Shown here: positions 26,963 to 39,251 of the stretch, piece by piece
How positions within the stretch are numbered: position 1 is the stretch's first letter
Layout: each line of letters starts with the position of its first letter
The notes under the pieces: generated by a model
Seen by the model: only the letters and a program-made list of their open reading frames with translations
The model's database searches: none
Told to the model about the DNA's origin: nothing
Position numbers and translations under genes: made by a program
Assembly (NCBI RefSeq): GCF_006345805.1
Contig: NC_043000.1
Location: 47,058,001-47,122,000, forward strand
DNA: 64,000 bases
Direction: 5' to 3'
From: Octopus sinensis
Lineage: Eukaryota

Positions 26963-27790
26963 AAACTGTGTAGATAGATTACTTGTGTTTGCAACTGATA
27001 AAGGGCTTAATGATAGTGAATGTAAAACACTGGGCAGATGATGGAACTTTTAAGTGTTCCCCAAATTTATTTGATCAGTTGTACACGCTTCGTATTCAAA
27101 TGGGTTCATTCAGAGCATTCACTGCATTACTTCCAAACAAGAATAAAGAAGCTTAAATGAATTACGTCAAGGACTGAGTTATGGTGGATTTTGCGAAAGC
27201 ATTTTATCTGTTTCATTGTGCTTCCATCACATATTGTTGTTTTCCTCTATCTCAAAATGTGTACAGGAAAGTATGTGATTTTGGCTTTAAGGAAAGATAC
27301 CATCTTGATAATGAGTTTAGCATTAAGATCAGATGTTTTTCAGTGCTAGCTTTTCTTCCTGGTGATGTGATTGATGGAATCGAAGATATTGTAGATGATG
27401 ACGATTTTCCGCAAGAACTTGTGTCCTACTTTCAATTATTGTACCTAGAATGCGTGCGAGATAGAGGAATTAGACAACGGAGAATTTCTCTTTTGTTTTC
27501 CATTGATAGTCGGAATGTCAGCTTTAGAACAGAATCGGATATGTCTTGCATTTAGAGGGATATCACATCGCAGTACAAAATTCTTTAACATGCACACATT
27601 CGAAACTATAGAAATTAATTACAGCATTGAAAAGGGAAGAACACTTGGTACAACTGAAAAGGGTTGAATTTGATCGACATGAGATCTGTGACACTGAAAA
27701 AAAATGTATAAGCGTATAAACAAACGATTGCAAATAACTATTGAGCGTTATAGTTCCGAAAATAAGATGGAGATTTTACGAGCAATGGCT
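26963..27790 (+). pseudogene. Mutator-like (MULE) transposase remnant
   Basis: WADDGTFKCSPNLFDQLYTL..ALLPNKNK; MVDF..CCF.LSQNVYRKVCDFGFKERY..EF..IRCFSVLAFLP. Confidence 0.82.
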
Positions 27791-27879
27791 CATAGCGTTC
27801 ATTATTAATGAAGCTTTTAGTAATATTTAAAAAAATCTTTTACTGTGTCTGTCGTTTTATTATTATTATTATTATTATT

Positions 27880-27957
27880 CAGGTCACTACCTGGACGACT
27901 AGAACTCTGAATCTTGAAGTTAATAGCCCGCGCTTTTAACCTCTACGCCATATGCCC
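27880..27957 (-). mobile_element. Short tRNA-like element with (AAT)n tail
   Basis: GGGCATATGGCGTAGAGGTTAAAAGCGCGGGC...GAGTTCTAGTC..GTGACCTGAATAATAAT; A-box-like TGGCGTAGAGG, degenerate B-box. Confidence 0.5.
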
Positions 27958-27984
27958 ATGGGCAATTACGGAGTGAATTTTAAG

Positions 27985-28345
27985 GCTTAGAAATCTAGTA
28001 TTTCCCTATCCTTCCTTAATACCTGTTCTCATATTATACTTATATCTGCTCTCGGTCTGCTTAGGAGGTTATTGTGTCCTAGCATATGTGCTGCTTCTTT
28101 TAGTTTTCGCATTTTCTAGTGGTGTTCTCTGTCTATTATTTTAACTTCATTCCACAGGGGGAGGTGGTCTTCATTTTTCATACATGATCAGCTATACCCG
28201 ATTTATCAATATCTTCTCGTCTCACAGCTTTGCGATGTTCGTCTACCCTCATTTTGAGGGGGCGGCATGTTTCGCCTTTGTATAACCTACCATAGCTGCA
28301 TGGGATGGAGTACACGCAGTCTTTGGTCATATTCTATATATCAGG
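27985..28345 (-). pseudogene. Penelope-like element GIY-YIG endonuclease fragment
   Basis: CVYSIPCSYGRLYKGETCRPLKMRVDEHRKAV..KSGIADHV, then LPLWNEVKIIDRE..RKLKEAAH. Confidence 0.88.
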
Positions 28346-28792
28346 TACGTGCCGTTAGTAATTACTCAGGGTAGGCAGTTGGTGAGATTTATGCAGTAAA
28401 ACACACAAAAAAATAAGCGAAACACAGGTGCGCAACTGAGTTGAAGGCAGATTTACTACTGCCGTAATTGCACGTAAAGAAAACTTTGTTGTAGGAATGT
28501 ACGCAGCAAGTTTACTATAACTGTACTATGCGTAGCTTAAATACTAAGATTGAAAGGCAGGGGCGAATTATGCCTACATAATCTACAAAAAAAAAACAAG
28601 AAAAAATACTTTGCATTTTATGCATAGTAATGAGTAACCTTCATAATTTTATTAAAATAGGTGCATATTTTGCCATAAAAGGAAAATGTTGCTATCAATC
28701 TATTTTATTCAAGTTAGGTACTGCCTACCTTGCTAAGCGGTACGTCTCTGGTATACATACCATACATACATACATACCTACATACATACATG

Positions 28793-28851
<59 letters not shown>

Positions 28852-29773
28852 GTAATAATGAAGGGTGAAATTAATTAATTTGGAATAATTATCAATTACA
28901 CCAAGTAGTCTTCGGCATGTAAAAGCCTCATTCGAGGAAAATTTAAGTAATACTAAGCAATAAAGGGTTTAGCAACGAATTGCCTTACCACATACCGAAT
29001 TTAGAAATACCAGTCAAAGAGTTATAGCTATTTCTTCTACTAAAAAGGGAGATCTCAGTAAAAACAGCAATTGGAAGGCAGACACAAACAGGTAAGAGAG
29101 GATGAATTGACGGCAATCTATCATACATTTTTAAGTTATCTACGGACGTACGTTTCGAAATCAAGTTTTTAGGAAAGCATAAGAATTAAATATTAAATAT
29201 TAAATAATTAAATAATTCTATCTTACCGAAACTTCTTTTCTCTTCAGCGTAGAATACTATAATCATAAATGATTATATATTGAATTTTGAGATACTAGAA
29301 GGCACCAACTCAACTCAGTATCAGAGCGAGCTAGAATCCGCAACTAGTATCACCGAATTCAATTTGTGAATGAAACGATTGTGTCACCAGCCCCTTCCCA
29401 CCCGCGTGTAGCCAAAACAAGATGCTGGTCATCTACTGAGATAAAATATGGTTATCCGTAATAATGAAGGGTGAAATTAATTAATTTGGAATAATTATCA
29501 ATTACACCAAGTAGTCTTCGGCATGTAAAAGCCTCATTCGAGGAATGCTTTCCTAAAAACTTGATTTCGAAACGTACGTCCGTAGATAACTTAAAATGTA
29601 TGATAGATTGCCGTCAATTCATCCTCTCTTACCTGTTTGTGTCTGCCTTCCAATTGCTGTTTTTACTGAGATCTCCCTTTTTAGTAGAAGAAATAGCTAT
29701 AACTCTTTGACTGCTATTTCTAAATTCGGTATGTGGTAAGGCAATTCGTTGCTAAACCCTTTATTGCTTAGTA
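28852..29773 (-). mobile_element. Non-coding Penelope-type unit: 88-bp direct repeats 606 bp apart plus ~230-bp inverted segment
   Basis: Direct repeats 28852-28939 and 29458-29545; inverted arms 28951-29180 and 29545-29773. Confidence 0.8.
29139..29254 (-). ncRNA. Type I hammerhead ribozyme, canonical core, ~85-nt extended stem II, palindromic loop III
   Basis: Minus: TCTACG-CTGAAGA-GAAA(AG)AAGTTT...AAACTT(GA)TTTC-GAAA-C-GTAC-GTC-CGTAGA. Confidence 0.88.
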
Positions 29774-30336
29774 TATATATATATCTATATATATGACTCT
29801 CTGTTTGTCTCTCTCTCTCTCTCATTTTTACTTTCTCTCTATTCATCTTCTCTTTCCTCTGATCCTTTGGTCTAGTCTTCCACTACCCTCCTATTTCTTT
29901 GTCTCGCTCTGCACTCACAGGTCATTCTTCGACACCCATCCCTTCTCCTCTCTGATTCCTTCTTCTCCTCTTCTCTCTCTTTGTTGCGTTTTGTCCCCCT
30001 TTTCTCTCTCTCTTCTCTGTCACGTGACTGTTGGCCGAAATCTGCCTTTCAGCTCCTGACCCTCGTCGTGTTAACATCGTTGTTCTTCGTCCGCCGCTAT
30101 AAAGGCTTTTTCCAATGCGCCAGAGAAAAAATTTGTTTGCTTGTTATCAGTCGTAAGACACTTGTTGTTTTCACACCGTTAATGCTTCTGTATTAATGTT
30201 TCTGTATTCCATTATTGTTTTTTGTTTTTTTTTTATATCTGTCCCTTTTGCTGTCCTGGTGTTCGTATGCATTCGATCCTTCTTCCAGGAAATCTACGCT
30301 TCCAGCTTAGTTTTTCTTGGAGGGCTGGCCGTGATC

Positions 30337-30399
30337 TAGTAATCTCAAGATTAATCAGCCGAAATTACTACGATGATCCGGTTCTTGACTGAAGACTGA
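30337..30399 (+). ncRNA. Candidate non-circularly permuted hammerhead ribozyme, copy 1
   Basis: TAGTAA-TC-TCAAGA | TTAA-TCAG-CC-GAAA-TTACTA | CGATGATCCGGT-TCTTGA-CTGAAGA-CTGA. Confidence 0.65.
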
Positions 30400-31094
30400 G
30401 GGGTTCGAATGTCCTGTCCATGTTTATTGTATCGTCTTCTATGAGTTATACGTTCTTGTCCATGTTGTATTTTTCTACATACCTTAAACATATTCCAGGC
30501 GCCCCGTACCCCTTTTATCATTAATGTGAACACATATTCTTAATAATTGGTACGACTCTCTGTTTGTCTCTCTCTCTCTCTCATTTTTACTTTCTCTCTA
30601 TTCATCTTCTCTTTCCTCTGATCCTTTGGTCTAGTCTTCCACTACCCTCCTATTTCTTTGTCTCGCTCTGCACTCACAGGTCATTCTTCGACACCCATCC
30701 CTTTCCTCTCTGATTCCTTCTTTCTCTCTCTTCTCTCTCTTTGTTGCGTTTTGTCCCCCTTTTCTCTCCTCTCTTCTCTGTCACGTGACTGTTGGCCGAA
30801 ATCTGCCTTTCAGCTCCTGACCCTCGTCGTGTTAACATCGTTGTTCTTCGTCGCCGCTATAAAGGCTTTTTCCAATGCGCCAGAGAAAAAAATTTTTTTG
30901 CTTGTTATCAGTCGTAAGACACTTGTTGTTTTCACCGTTAATGCTTCTGTATTTCATGTTTCTGTATTCCATTATTGTTTTTTTTTTTTTTTTTATATCT
31001 GTCCCTTTTGCTGTCCTGTGTTCGTATGCATTCGATCCTCTTCCAGGAAATCTACGCTTCCAGCTTAGTTTTTCTTGGAGGGCTGGCCGTGATC

Positions 31095-31157
31095 TAGTAA
31101 TCTCAAGATTAATCAGCCGAAATTACTACGATGATCCGGTTCTTGACTGAAGACTGA
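31095..31157 (+). ncRNA. Candidate non-circularly permuted hammerhead ribozyme, copy 2
   Basis: Identical to copy 1. Confidence 0.65.
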
Positions 31158-31851
31158 GGGGTTCGAATGTCCTGTCCATGTTTATTGTATCGTCTTCTAT
31201 GAGTTATACGTTCTTGTCCATGTTGTATTTTTCTACATACCTTAACATATATTCCAGGCGCCCCGTACCCCCTTTATCATTAATGTGAACACATATCTTA
31301 ATAATTGGTACGACTCTCTGTTGTCTCTCTCTCTCTCTCATTTTTACTTTCTCTCTATTCATCTTCTCTTTCCTCTGATCCTTTGGTCTAGTCTTCCACT
31401 ACCCTCCTATTTCTTTGTCTCGCTCTGCACTCACAGGTCATTCTTCGACACCCATCCCTTCTCCTCTCTGATTCTTCTTTCTCTCTCTTCTCTCTCTTTG
31501 TTGCGTTTTGTCCCCCTTTTCTCTCTCTCTCTTCTCTGTCACGTGACTGTTGGCCGAAATCTGCCTTTCAGCTCCTGACCCTCGTCGTGTTAACATCGTT
31601 GTTCTTCGTCCGCCGCTATAAAGGCTTTTTCCAATGCGCCAGAGAAAAAATTTGTTTGCTTGTTATCAGTCGTAAGACACTTGTTGTTTTCACCGTTAAT
31701 GCTTCTGTATTTCATGTTTCTGTATTCCATTATTGTTTTTTGTTTTTTTTTTATATCTGTCCTTTTGCTACCTGGTGTTCGATGCATTCGATCCTTCTTC
31801 CAGGAAATCTACGCTTCCAGCTTAGTTTTTCTTGGAGGGCTGGCCGTGATC

Positions 31852-31914
31852 TAGTAATCTCAAGATTAATCAGCCGAAATTACTACGATGATCCGGTTCT
31901 TGACTGAAGACTGA
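31852..31914 (+). ncRNA. Candidate non-circularly permuted hammerhead ribozyme, copy 3
   Basis: Identical to copy 1. Confidence 0.65.
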
Positions 31915-32017
31915 GGGGTTCGAATGTCCTGTCCATGTTTATTGTATCGTTTCTATGAGTTATACGTTCTTGTCCATGTTGTATTTTTCTACATACCTTA
32001 ATATATATATATAATTA

Positions 32018-32084
<67 letters not shown>

Positions 32085-32101
32085 GTGTGTGTGTGTGTGT
32101 A

Positions 32102-32575
32102 GAGGCGCAATGGCCCAGTGGTTAGGGCAGTGGACTCGCGGTCGTAGGATCGCGCTTTCGATTCCCAGACCGGGCATTGTGAGTGTTTATTGAGTGAAAA
32201 CACCTAATGTTCCACGAGGTTCCAACAGGAAGTGGTGGTGAACCCTGCTGTACTCTTTCACCACAACTTTCTCTCACTCTTTCTCCCTGTTTCTGTTGTA
32301 CCTGTATTTCAAAGGGCCAGCCTTGTCATACTTTGAGTCACGCTGAATCTCCCCGAGAACTACGTTAAGGGTACACGTGTCTGTGGAGGGCTGAGCCACT
32401 TGCACGTTAATAAGTGAGCTGCGTCACTGGTGCCAAGCTGTATCGGCCATTGCCTTTCCCTTGGAGAGGGGAGACTGGTATTCGTGGGCGACTGCTGGTC
32501 TTCCATAAACAATCTTGCCAAGACTTGTGCCTCGGTGGCTAACTATCCAGATGCAATCCCATGGTCATTTATGTG
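32102..32575 (+). mobile_element. tRNA-derived SINE family C
   Basis: GAGGCGCAATGGCCCAGTGGTTAGGGCAGTGGACTCGCGGTC...TTCGATTCCCAGACC tRNA-like head with A and B boxes. Confidence 0.85.
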
Positions 32576-32808
32576 TGTGTGCACGTGTGCACATATATAC
32601 ACCAAAATATACATACATTTATATATGTGTGTAAATATTTATACGCGCATATATATATTTATACGTCCTATATATTATATATATATATATATATTATATA
32701 TAATATATATATACATAGGGAGAGAGTTCACGGAAGAAATAAAAGACGAAGACAGGGGGCGTAGAAAACAAACAGATGTATTGTATAACGCTCAAGTATT
32801 GAAAAAGT

Positions 32809-32842
32809 CTTTTACGTTTCGAGCCTACGCTCTTCTACAGAA
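32809..32842 (-). ncRNA. Second CUGUAGA-core minimal hammerhead-like motif
   Basis: Minus: TT-CTGTAGA-A-GAGC-GTAG-GCTC-GAAA-CGT-A-AAAG; stem I only 2 bp. Confidence 0.55.
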
Positions 32843-32861
32843 CACAAATATATATTAATAT

Positions 32862-32914
<53 letters not shown>

Positions 32915-33980
32915 TGTGTTCGTGTGTGTGTATGCATATACATGCATATATATAATTAATAGCGACAGAAGTAGTATTATCATCAAAAGTCAATCTTGAT
33001 CTCCAACTTAACGTAGAGATTGCTTTAGGGCACTCAAAACTGCGTCACTTACCTTAAGTGGATCTTTCATAAGGGCCCATGGTGCATATAAGCACTCGTA
33101 ATTTATCACTATATGCACATATGCATATTTCCAAACAAACGTACACACAAACCCACGCGCGTACGATTACACACACACATATACAATACCAGACCTTTTT
33201 ATCTAAGGATCGTGAGTCCATGTCTCTCTGCAGTACATGTAACGAGTGGATACATATGTGGTGGTGTGTGCGTGTACGTGTATATATGTTTATATACACT
33301 TGACTCTGTTATCTTCCCTACTGTCCTTCTCGTGTCTGACCACTGTCCGAAGTCAGGACGCCATGATAGATCGTTAGCTCCTACGTTAGCTTCAAATAAA
33401 TTATCAGCCCTATCTTTTTAATTATGTGATACGCTGTTGCGTCTTGAAGTAGGCACCAAAATCACACATATAGTACACTACATGTCTAAATGTGCAATGG
33501 TTTCGAAATGGAATAATATATTTTAAAAGTCCCATAAAATATTCAACAAAACATATAACATAACTGATCAAAAAAACGTTTGAAAAAATACTAGAATTAA
33601 AAGCATTTTACGGAGTGGGAGCGCTAAGCAATGATGTGAATAAACGATTTCGGTGGATTTACACAATTTGTCTATAGCGAGAAACTTTCTCCATGACAAA
33701 CGCAGTGAATGGCTTGTTTACGAATTAGAACGTGCCTCTAGCATATTCGAACTGGTAATAATATTGCATTAAAAGCATTCTCTCCTGCATGAAACCACAA
33801 ACCTATAGGTGACATAACTTCATTTAGACATTTAGTGAAATACTTATTATAAGTGAAAACGAAAATTGTCAACTTAATGACTTACACAGAAACATCAGGC
33901 ACAGATAAAATCACTTTCTCATCAGAGATTTAAAACAGAGCTGCTACTATATACTGTAAAAGGACACAAAATTAGATAGG

Positions 33981-34173
33981 GGCGGTGAGCTGGCAGAGTC
34001 GTTAGCACGCCATGCGAAATGCTTAGCTGTATTTCGTCTGCCGTTACGTTCTGAGTTCAAATTCCGCCGAGGTCGACTTTGCCTTTCATCCTTTCGGGGT
34101 CGATTAAATATAATCCACTTAATCCCCTTGATTGTCCTCTCTGTGTTTAACCCCCTGTGAGCAATAAAGAAAT
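33981..34173 (+). mobile_element. SINE family A monomer (internal deletion)
   Basis: Head and central domain as in other copies; imperfect flanking repeat AAA(T/C)TAGATAG. Confidence 0.9.
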
Positions 34174-35477
34174 TTAAAAAAAACTAGATAGAAATACAGC
34201 GGATAATTCTAGTATCTGATATAGTATTCTGCAAACAGAAAAAAGAGCTACACGGTTAAATATGAAAGACATATTAATAGTAAAGTACATTTTAAAAGAC
34301 TCAACGTAAACCACATGTAAAATAAACTATGAAAGTGATGAAAATTAGTCGTTAAACTAATTAAAACTTACTGATGATGATTTCATCTGCTACAACACTA
34401 TTCTTATGTTCCCTGCCTGCTTAATACAGTATGCCACAATAATGTACTTCTGCCATCATTTCATTCCAAAGGCTAGGATGAGAAGTTTTAAAATTGTTAA
34501 GGGAGCTCGGAACGTTATTATTCCAGATTAAACATAAAAGGCTTATACGGAATTAAGAACAATTTTTAATATGTATGTGTGTGTTTGCGTGTATCTACAC
34601 ACAGACACACATGTATATGTTTCTGCCTCTCGCTTTTTCTCTATGTATGTATGAATATTTGAGTTTGTATATAAATATCTGTATAATATCTACACAGTGA
34701 GAAAATGAGAGGAGGAGAGGAAAGGAGAGAGTGGCGGAAATTGCATAGAGTTACCGATCTGCTTTTAGCCATAAAACGAAAACAGATTCTGATTCTGTAT
34801 CTCAGACAAATTTATTGAAAGAGAAAGTTAAATATGATATTACAATTAAGTTAGTGTCTGAATCATTCTCCAGAAATTCTTTTGTATGTATTATGAGGAA
34901 TTATTAATAGCTGGAAACCTTTCGGTCTTCCGTTTCTGTCCATAACTGAGCAAGTTGTCATCCCAGCATTGTTTAGAGATGGTAAATAATGTGGTAACAA
35001 AGATAACATATGTGGACAACTTGCTGTGTATTCTCAGATGAGAAGAAAATTGAATATAGATGATATATGTATAATTCTATCAATATATGTACGAGTTGTT
35101 GTAGTTGTTATTGTGGTTGTTGTTGTGCCTGTTGTGGTTGTTGTGTTGTTGCTGCCAAAATTATTCCCATTCGCATAAGTTTTTTTTTTTCTGTGATGGA
35201 GGCTTTGAGTTCTGTAATGAATGCCAACAAGATACTCATCACTTGTATTTTTCTTTCTCCTTCTTTCTCTCTTTCCTTCTCTGGTGTTCTATTTATTTTA
35301 ACCTGAAAGAAAGGTTGGTTGTGGCCAGCATAGCTGATATTTTGGTCCTTGAACAATTTCTGGCAAGGTCAGGCTAAGGTCAGAGGGTTTGTTCTTATCC
35401 CCATATTATATATACATATTATACATACATGCATACACACACACACGCACATACACACATTTATGTATGCATATATA

Positions 35478-35530
<53 letters not shown>

Positions 35531-35608
35531 TATATGCTATGAGGATAGATAAATAAATAGATAAAGAAACAGACAGATAGAGAGATGTACATACGTGAGT
35601 GCGTGCGT

Positions 35609-35639
<31 letters not shown>

Positions 35640-35761
35640 TACACACACACACATATTTATGTATGCATGTGTGTGTATTTATAAATAATGAGTATGAATG
35701 ACAAAAACATATGACAGAGAACAAATGAAAATTTAGCCCTTGACTTGTATCTTGCTTAGGA

Positions 35762-35993
35762 AGGCGGTGAGCCGGCAGAAACGTTAGCACGCAAGGCGAA
35801 ATGCTTAGTGGTATTTCGTCTGCCGCTACATTCTGAGTTCAAATTCCGCCGAGGTCGACTTTGCCATTCATCCTGTCGGGGTCGATAAATTAAGTACCTG
35901 TGAAACACTGGGGTCGATGTAATCGACTTAATCCGCTTGTCTGTCCTTGTTTGTCCCCTTTGTGTTTAGCCCCTTGTGGGTAGTAAAGAAATA
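35762..35993 (+). mobile_element. SINE family A monomer with 16-bp TSD
   Basis: TSD TGTATCTTGCTTAGGA at 35746-35761 and 35994-36009. Confidence 0.95.
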
Positions 35994-38463
35994 TGTATCT
36001 TGCTTAGGATTTTGATGTTTTTAACACTCAACTCACTACACACACATTTACATGCCTACCAGCCAACTACCTACCTACCTACAAACATATACATGCGTCT
36101 CATTAACTTAATTGTAATATCTCATTCTGTATACATGCTTCTGCTTCAAGGATCAGACAATATTAGTTCAAACAGGGCATTAGTTACAACTACAACAACA
36201 GTAATGATATGTTTGCAAAATCTAGATATAGATCAGTGAATGAAAATATTTTTCTTAGAATGATTAATGATGAAAAATATTTGAATTTTACATTAAAATT
36301 TCTTATTATAAACTTCATTAGTCTTAGTTTTGTCTTTCCTGTATCAATAAAAGAAAATGCTAGTGATGTACTGGTAATGATATCAGAGCTATCTTAGAAG
36401 TATTATAGGCCTCCAGGCAAATCAATGAACTGGACCCTATAATATTTATTGACAGTAAACCACAAGCTACATAGATTAGGTTTCAGTCCTAGAGTGTAGG
36501 ATTTCACTGGTAACTGCCCAGTGTGTCCCTGCCTTAAGACAGCACAGGTTATTATAAGTGATACTTTTTTCATTCCCACCCATGATCTGATCTCTTGCTT
36601 ATATCAGTTATTCATATTGTTTCTTGCTTAATGAAGAATTAGAGAGCAATACGGTAATCCTAGTTATATGAAAACATCATGATTTCAAGTAATTGGACAT
36701 TTGGTTTAATAATAAAATGTTGCATTAGTTTCACTTCACTAAAAGAACAACAACAGCAACAATTCCAGAAGTGTCAGTAATATTGGTAATTGGATGACAT
36801 CTTCTTTATTCAGTAAAATAAATCAAATTCTATTCATATGTAAATTAGAAGGTAAATAAAAATCCACTTAACTATGCAATGTTTGAGGAAAATAAATTTA
36901 TTCATTAAATTATATTTAACAAGCTCTAATCTTGAACTGAAACATATTACTGTTAAAGATTAGAGTTTGTTCACTTTTGCTTTATTAAGTAGCTTTTATT
37001 TTCTTCCCTATTTATATGCAGACATGATAATGCTTCAAGCAAATTACCAGATCAAGTTGTAGTCATTCCACATACAAAGCAATAGATTATTTTGTGTGCT
37101 GTATGGAGAAAGTTATGATTAATTCATTCTGGACGATATTTGGTGTTGTTCTTATTGAATAGCAAGCAGCACAACATATTCAGAAAGCATAATATCATAT
37201 AGCTTCACTTATCTTTCACTGCAAAATATACTAATGTAGCTAGTAACATATTAGTGCTAATAAAAGACACATTCCATCCATCCAAAACTATCATTAAGTA
37301 TTCCATGAAAGCAACATTAAATTTAGCTACATCAACAAACATGTCTTTAGCATCATAATGAGCACACTCTTGTGTTGTAACCTAAACAATACCCAGAAAT
37401 GTCAGATGCAATTGTAGAGCTAGGCAAAAGTACCTGCCCAATGGCAAGTGCTCAAGCAATGCATTAGGCAAATTATATCCTAATACTTTACTGTTAGATT
37501 AGTTACCTCAGTCGTCAGGAATTAAGGCAAAAGAAATGCCACCACTTCAAGATTAGTTTTCTCAGTTTTATCCTCATCATCAGAAATGTAGTAAAAAGAA
37601 ATGCCTTAGCTTTGTAGAAACATGTATGGAAAAAAATATGTGTTGGCAGATCTGAAATTGAGTAGTCAATAATTGAATACACTAAACAAAGCAATTCTAT
37701 ATCAACTCTCTGTTATTGAGAACTACCTAATTTTAACTCAGCAGCTGGGTACAATAATTCCTATTAAAATGGATATTATTGCAAATAAAAACGATATTAC
37801 ATAAATATAGATATTATAGCAAAATACCATTATGACATATGAACTGAAACTATACAAATATAAGTGTGTTGGTAGACAAGCACCACTTTGAAACCATAAA
37901 AATAAAAGTTTTGTGTTACCTACAGACGGCTATAAAAGGTTTAACTTGGACCAATTGCTGTAATAGAACAACAATAACTTGAGGCTTTATGGTTTTACTT
38001 ACCATACCCATGTACACACACACACACACATATATATAAATTTAATTTTGATGAGAACCAACAGAGGTTTGAAAATCGATTAAGCTGTTCATCATTTCTT
38101 CAATCTACAAAGAAATAGCAACATTTTCCCTGCTTATATATCTTCTATATAGGATACATATATAATGTCATACTTTGATACTGTGTGAATTGAGATCCCT
38201 GTTGACAGGCCCTGATATTGATATACAAATTAATAGCACTAGTTTTCAGTAGCTATTGAACTGGTTGAGTATATAAACAAAATGGCTGCTAGTTTCTCTG
38301 GGATTGGTCAGACTGATTTAGAATACGCTGATCAGAACCCTATATGGTTGGAAAATCGATTAAGGTTGTTCATATTCAATAGCTAAATTTACCTTGCTAA
38401 AAGTTACACACACAAATATATACTAAGTGCAGATTGCACCAATAACTTGCTCGATAGTAATGT

Positions 38464-38679
38464 ATTTCACTACTGCCCACAAGGGGCTAAACACAGAGGG
38501 GATAAACGGATTATGTCGATTACATCGACCACAGGGCGTAACTGCTACTTAATTTATCGACCCCGAAAGGATGAAAGGCAAAGTCGACCTCGGCGGAATT
38601 TGAACTCAGAACGTAACAGCAGACGAAATACGGCTACGCATTTCGCCCGGCGTGCTAACGAGTCTGCCAGCTCGCCGCC
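38464..38679 (-). mobile_element. SINE family A monomer with 17-18-bp TSD
   Basis: TSD (C)TTGCTCGATAGTAATGT at 38446-38463 and 38679-38696. Confidence 0.95.
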
Positions 38680-39201
38680 TTGCTCGATAGTAATGTCGAA
38701 TAGCCATACTGATGTGGCGATTAACATTATCTCTCAGTATAGTTACTGCTTTCATCCCTTATTGAGATTTTCTAACGAGTTACTTTGCCTGTGTGTGTGT
38801 TTACATATATCTATGTTCGTCCTATTTAGCAGTGAGAAACAGAATTACATAATCTAGAGTATAACTAGCTGTTAAAGCCAATGCTACTCTCAACTTGAAT
38901 TTCATCTCTCAGTGTAATTTTACAACCGTCAAACTCACGCATTCACTTCAAAGCACACTCGTGTATGCAGGCATATTAAATTAAAATTACTGATTAGAAG
39001 TTCTTGAGATGAATTTCTCGTCATTGTAATTACGAATCTATCCAGCCTTGATAAATGAATACATGCATAAAAAATAAATAAATAAATCACTTCTTCTCTA
39101 TCTCTCTTTACACACATCAATACTCATGTGCGTGTGTGTGTGTGAGTAGTGTGTGTGTGTGTTTGTGTGTGTGGTGTGTGTGTGTGTAGTGTGTGTGTGT
39201 A

Positions 39202-39251
<50 letters not shown>

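Larger units (their letters stand above)
29795..32001 (+). repeat. Tandem array of ~2.9 near-identical ~758-bp units flanked by (TA)n
   Basis: GACTCTCTGTT unit starts at 29795, 30554 and 31312. Confidence 0.95.

Noticed and set aside
27985-28200. Three stops in the GIY-YIG fragment at presumed Trp codons (possible G>A hypermutation or recoding)
   Set aside because: TGG>TAG/TGA is the commonest neutral route to stops and also occurs in other dead elements here; the mix of TAG and TGA plus a frameshift argues against recoding.
28367-28732. 13-bp inverted repeats CAGGGTAGGCAGT/ACTGCCTACCTTG
   Set aside because: Possible hAT MITE, but no TSD and no second copy in the window.
29345-29395. ATTCA/TGAAT hairpin followed by GAAAC..GTC
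   Set aside because: Preceding sequence (TCACCGA) does not match the core and stem I does not form.
29795-32001. CRISPR-like or satellite interpretation of the tandem array
   Set aside because: Eukaryotic context, whole units are duplicated, and there are no unique spacers.
36010-38440. Repeat-poor AT-rich block (also ~52000-55000) as a possible host gene region
   Set aside because: No ORF with recognizable motifs and no convincing splice-site pairs; cannot be called without transcript data.
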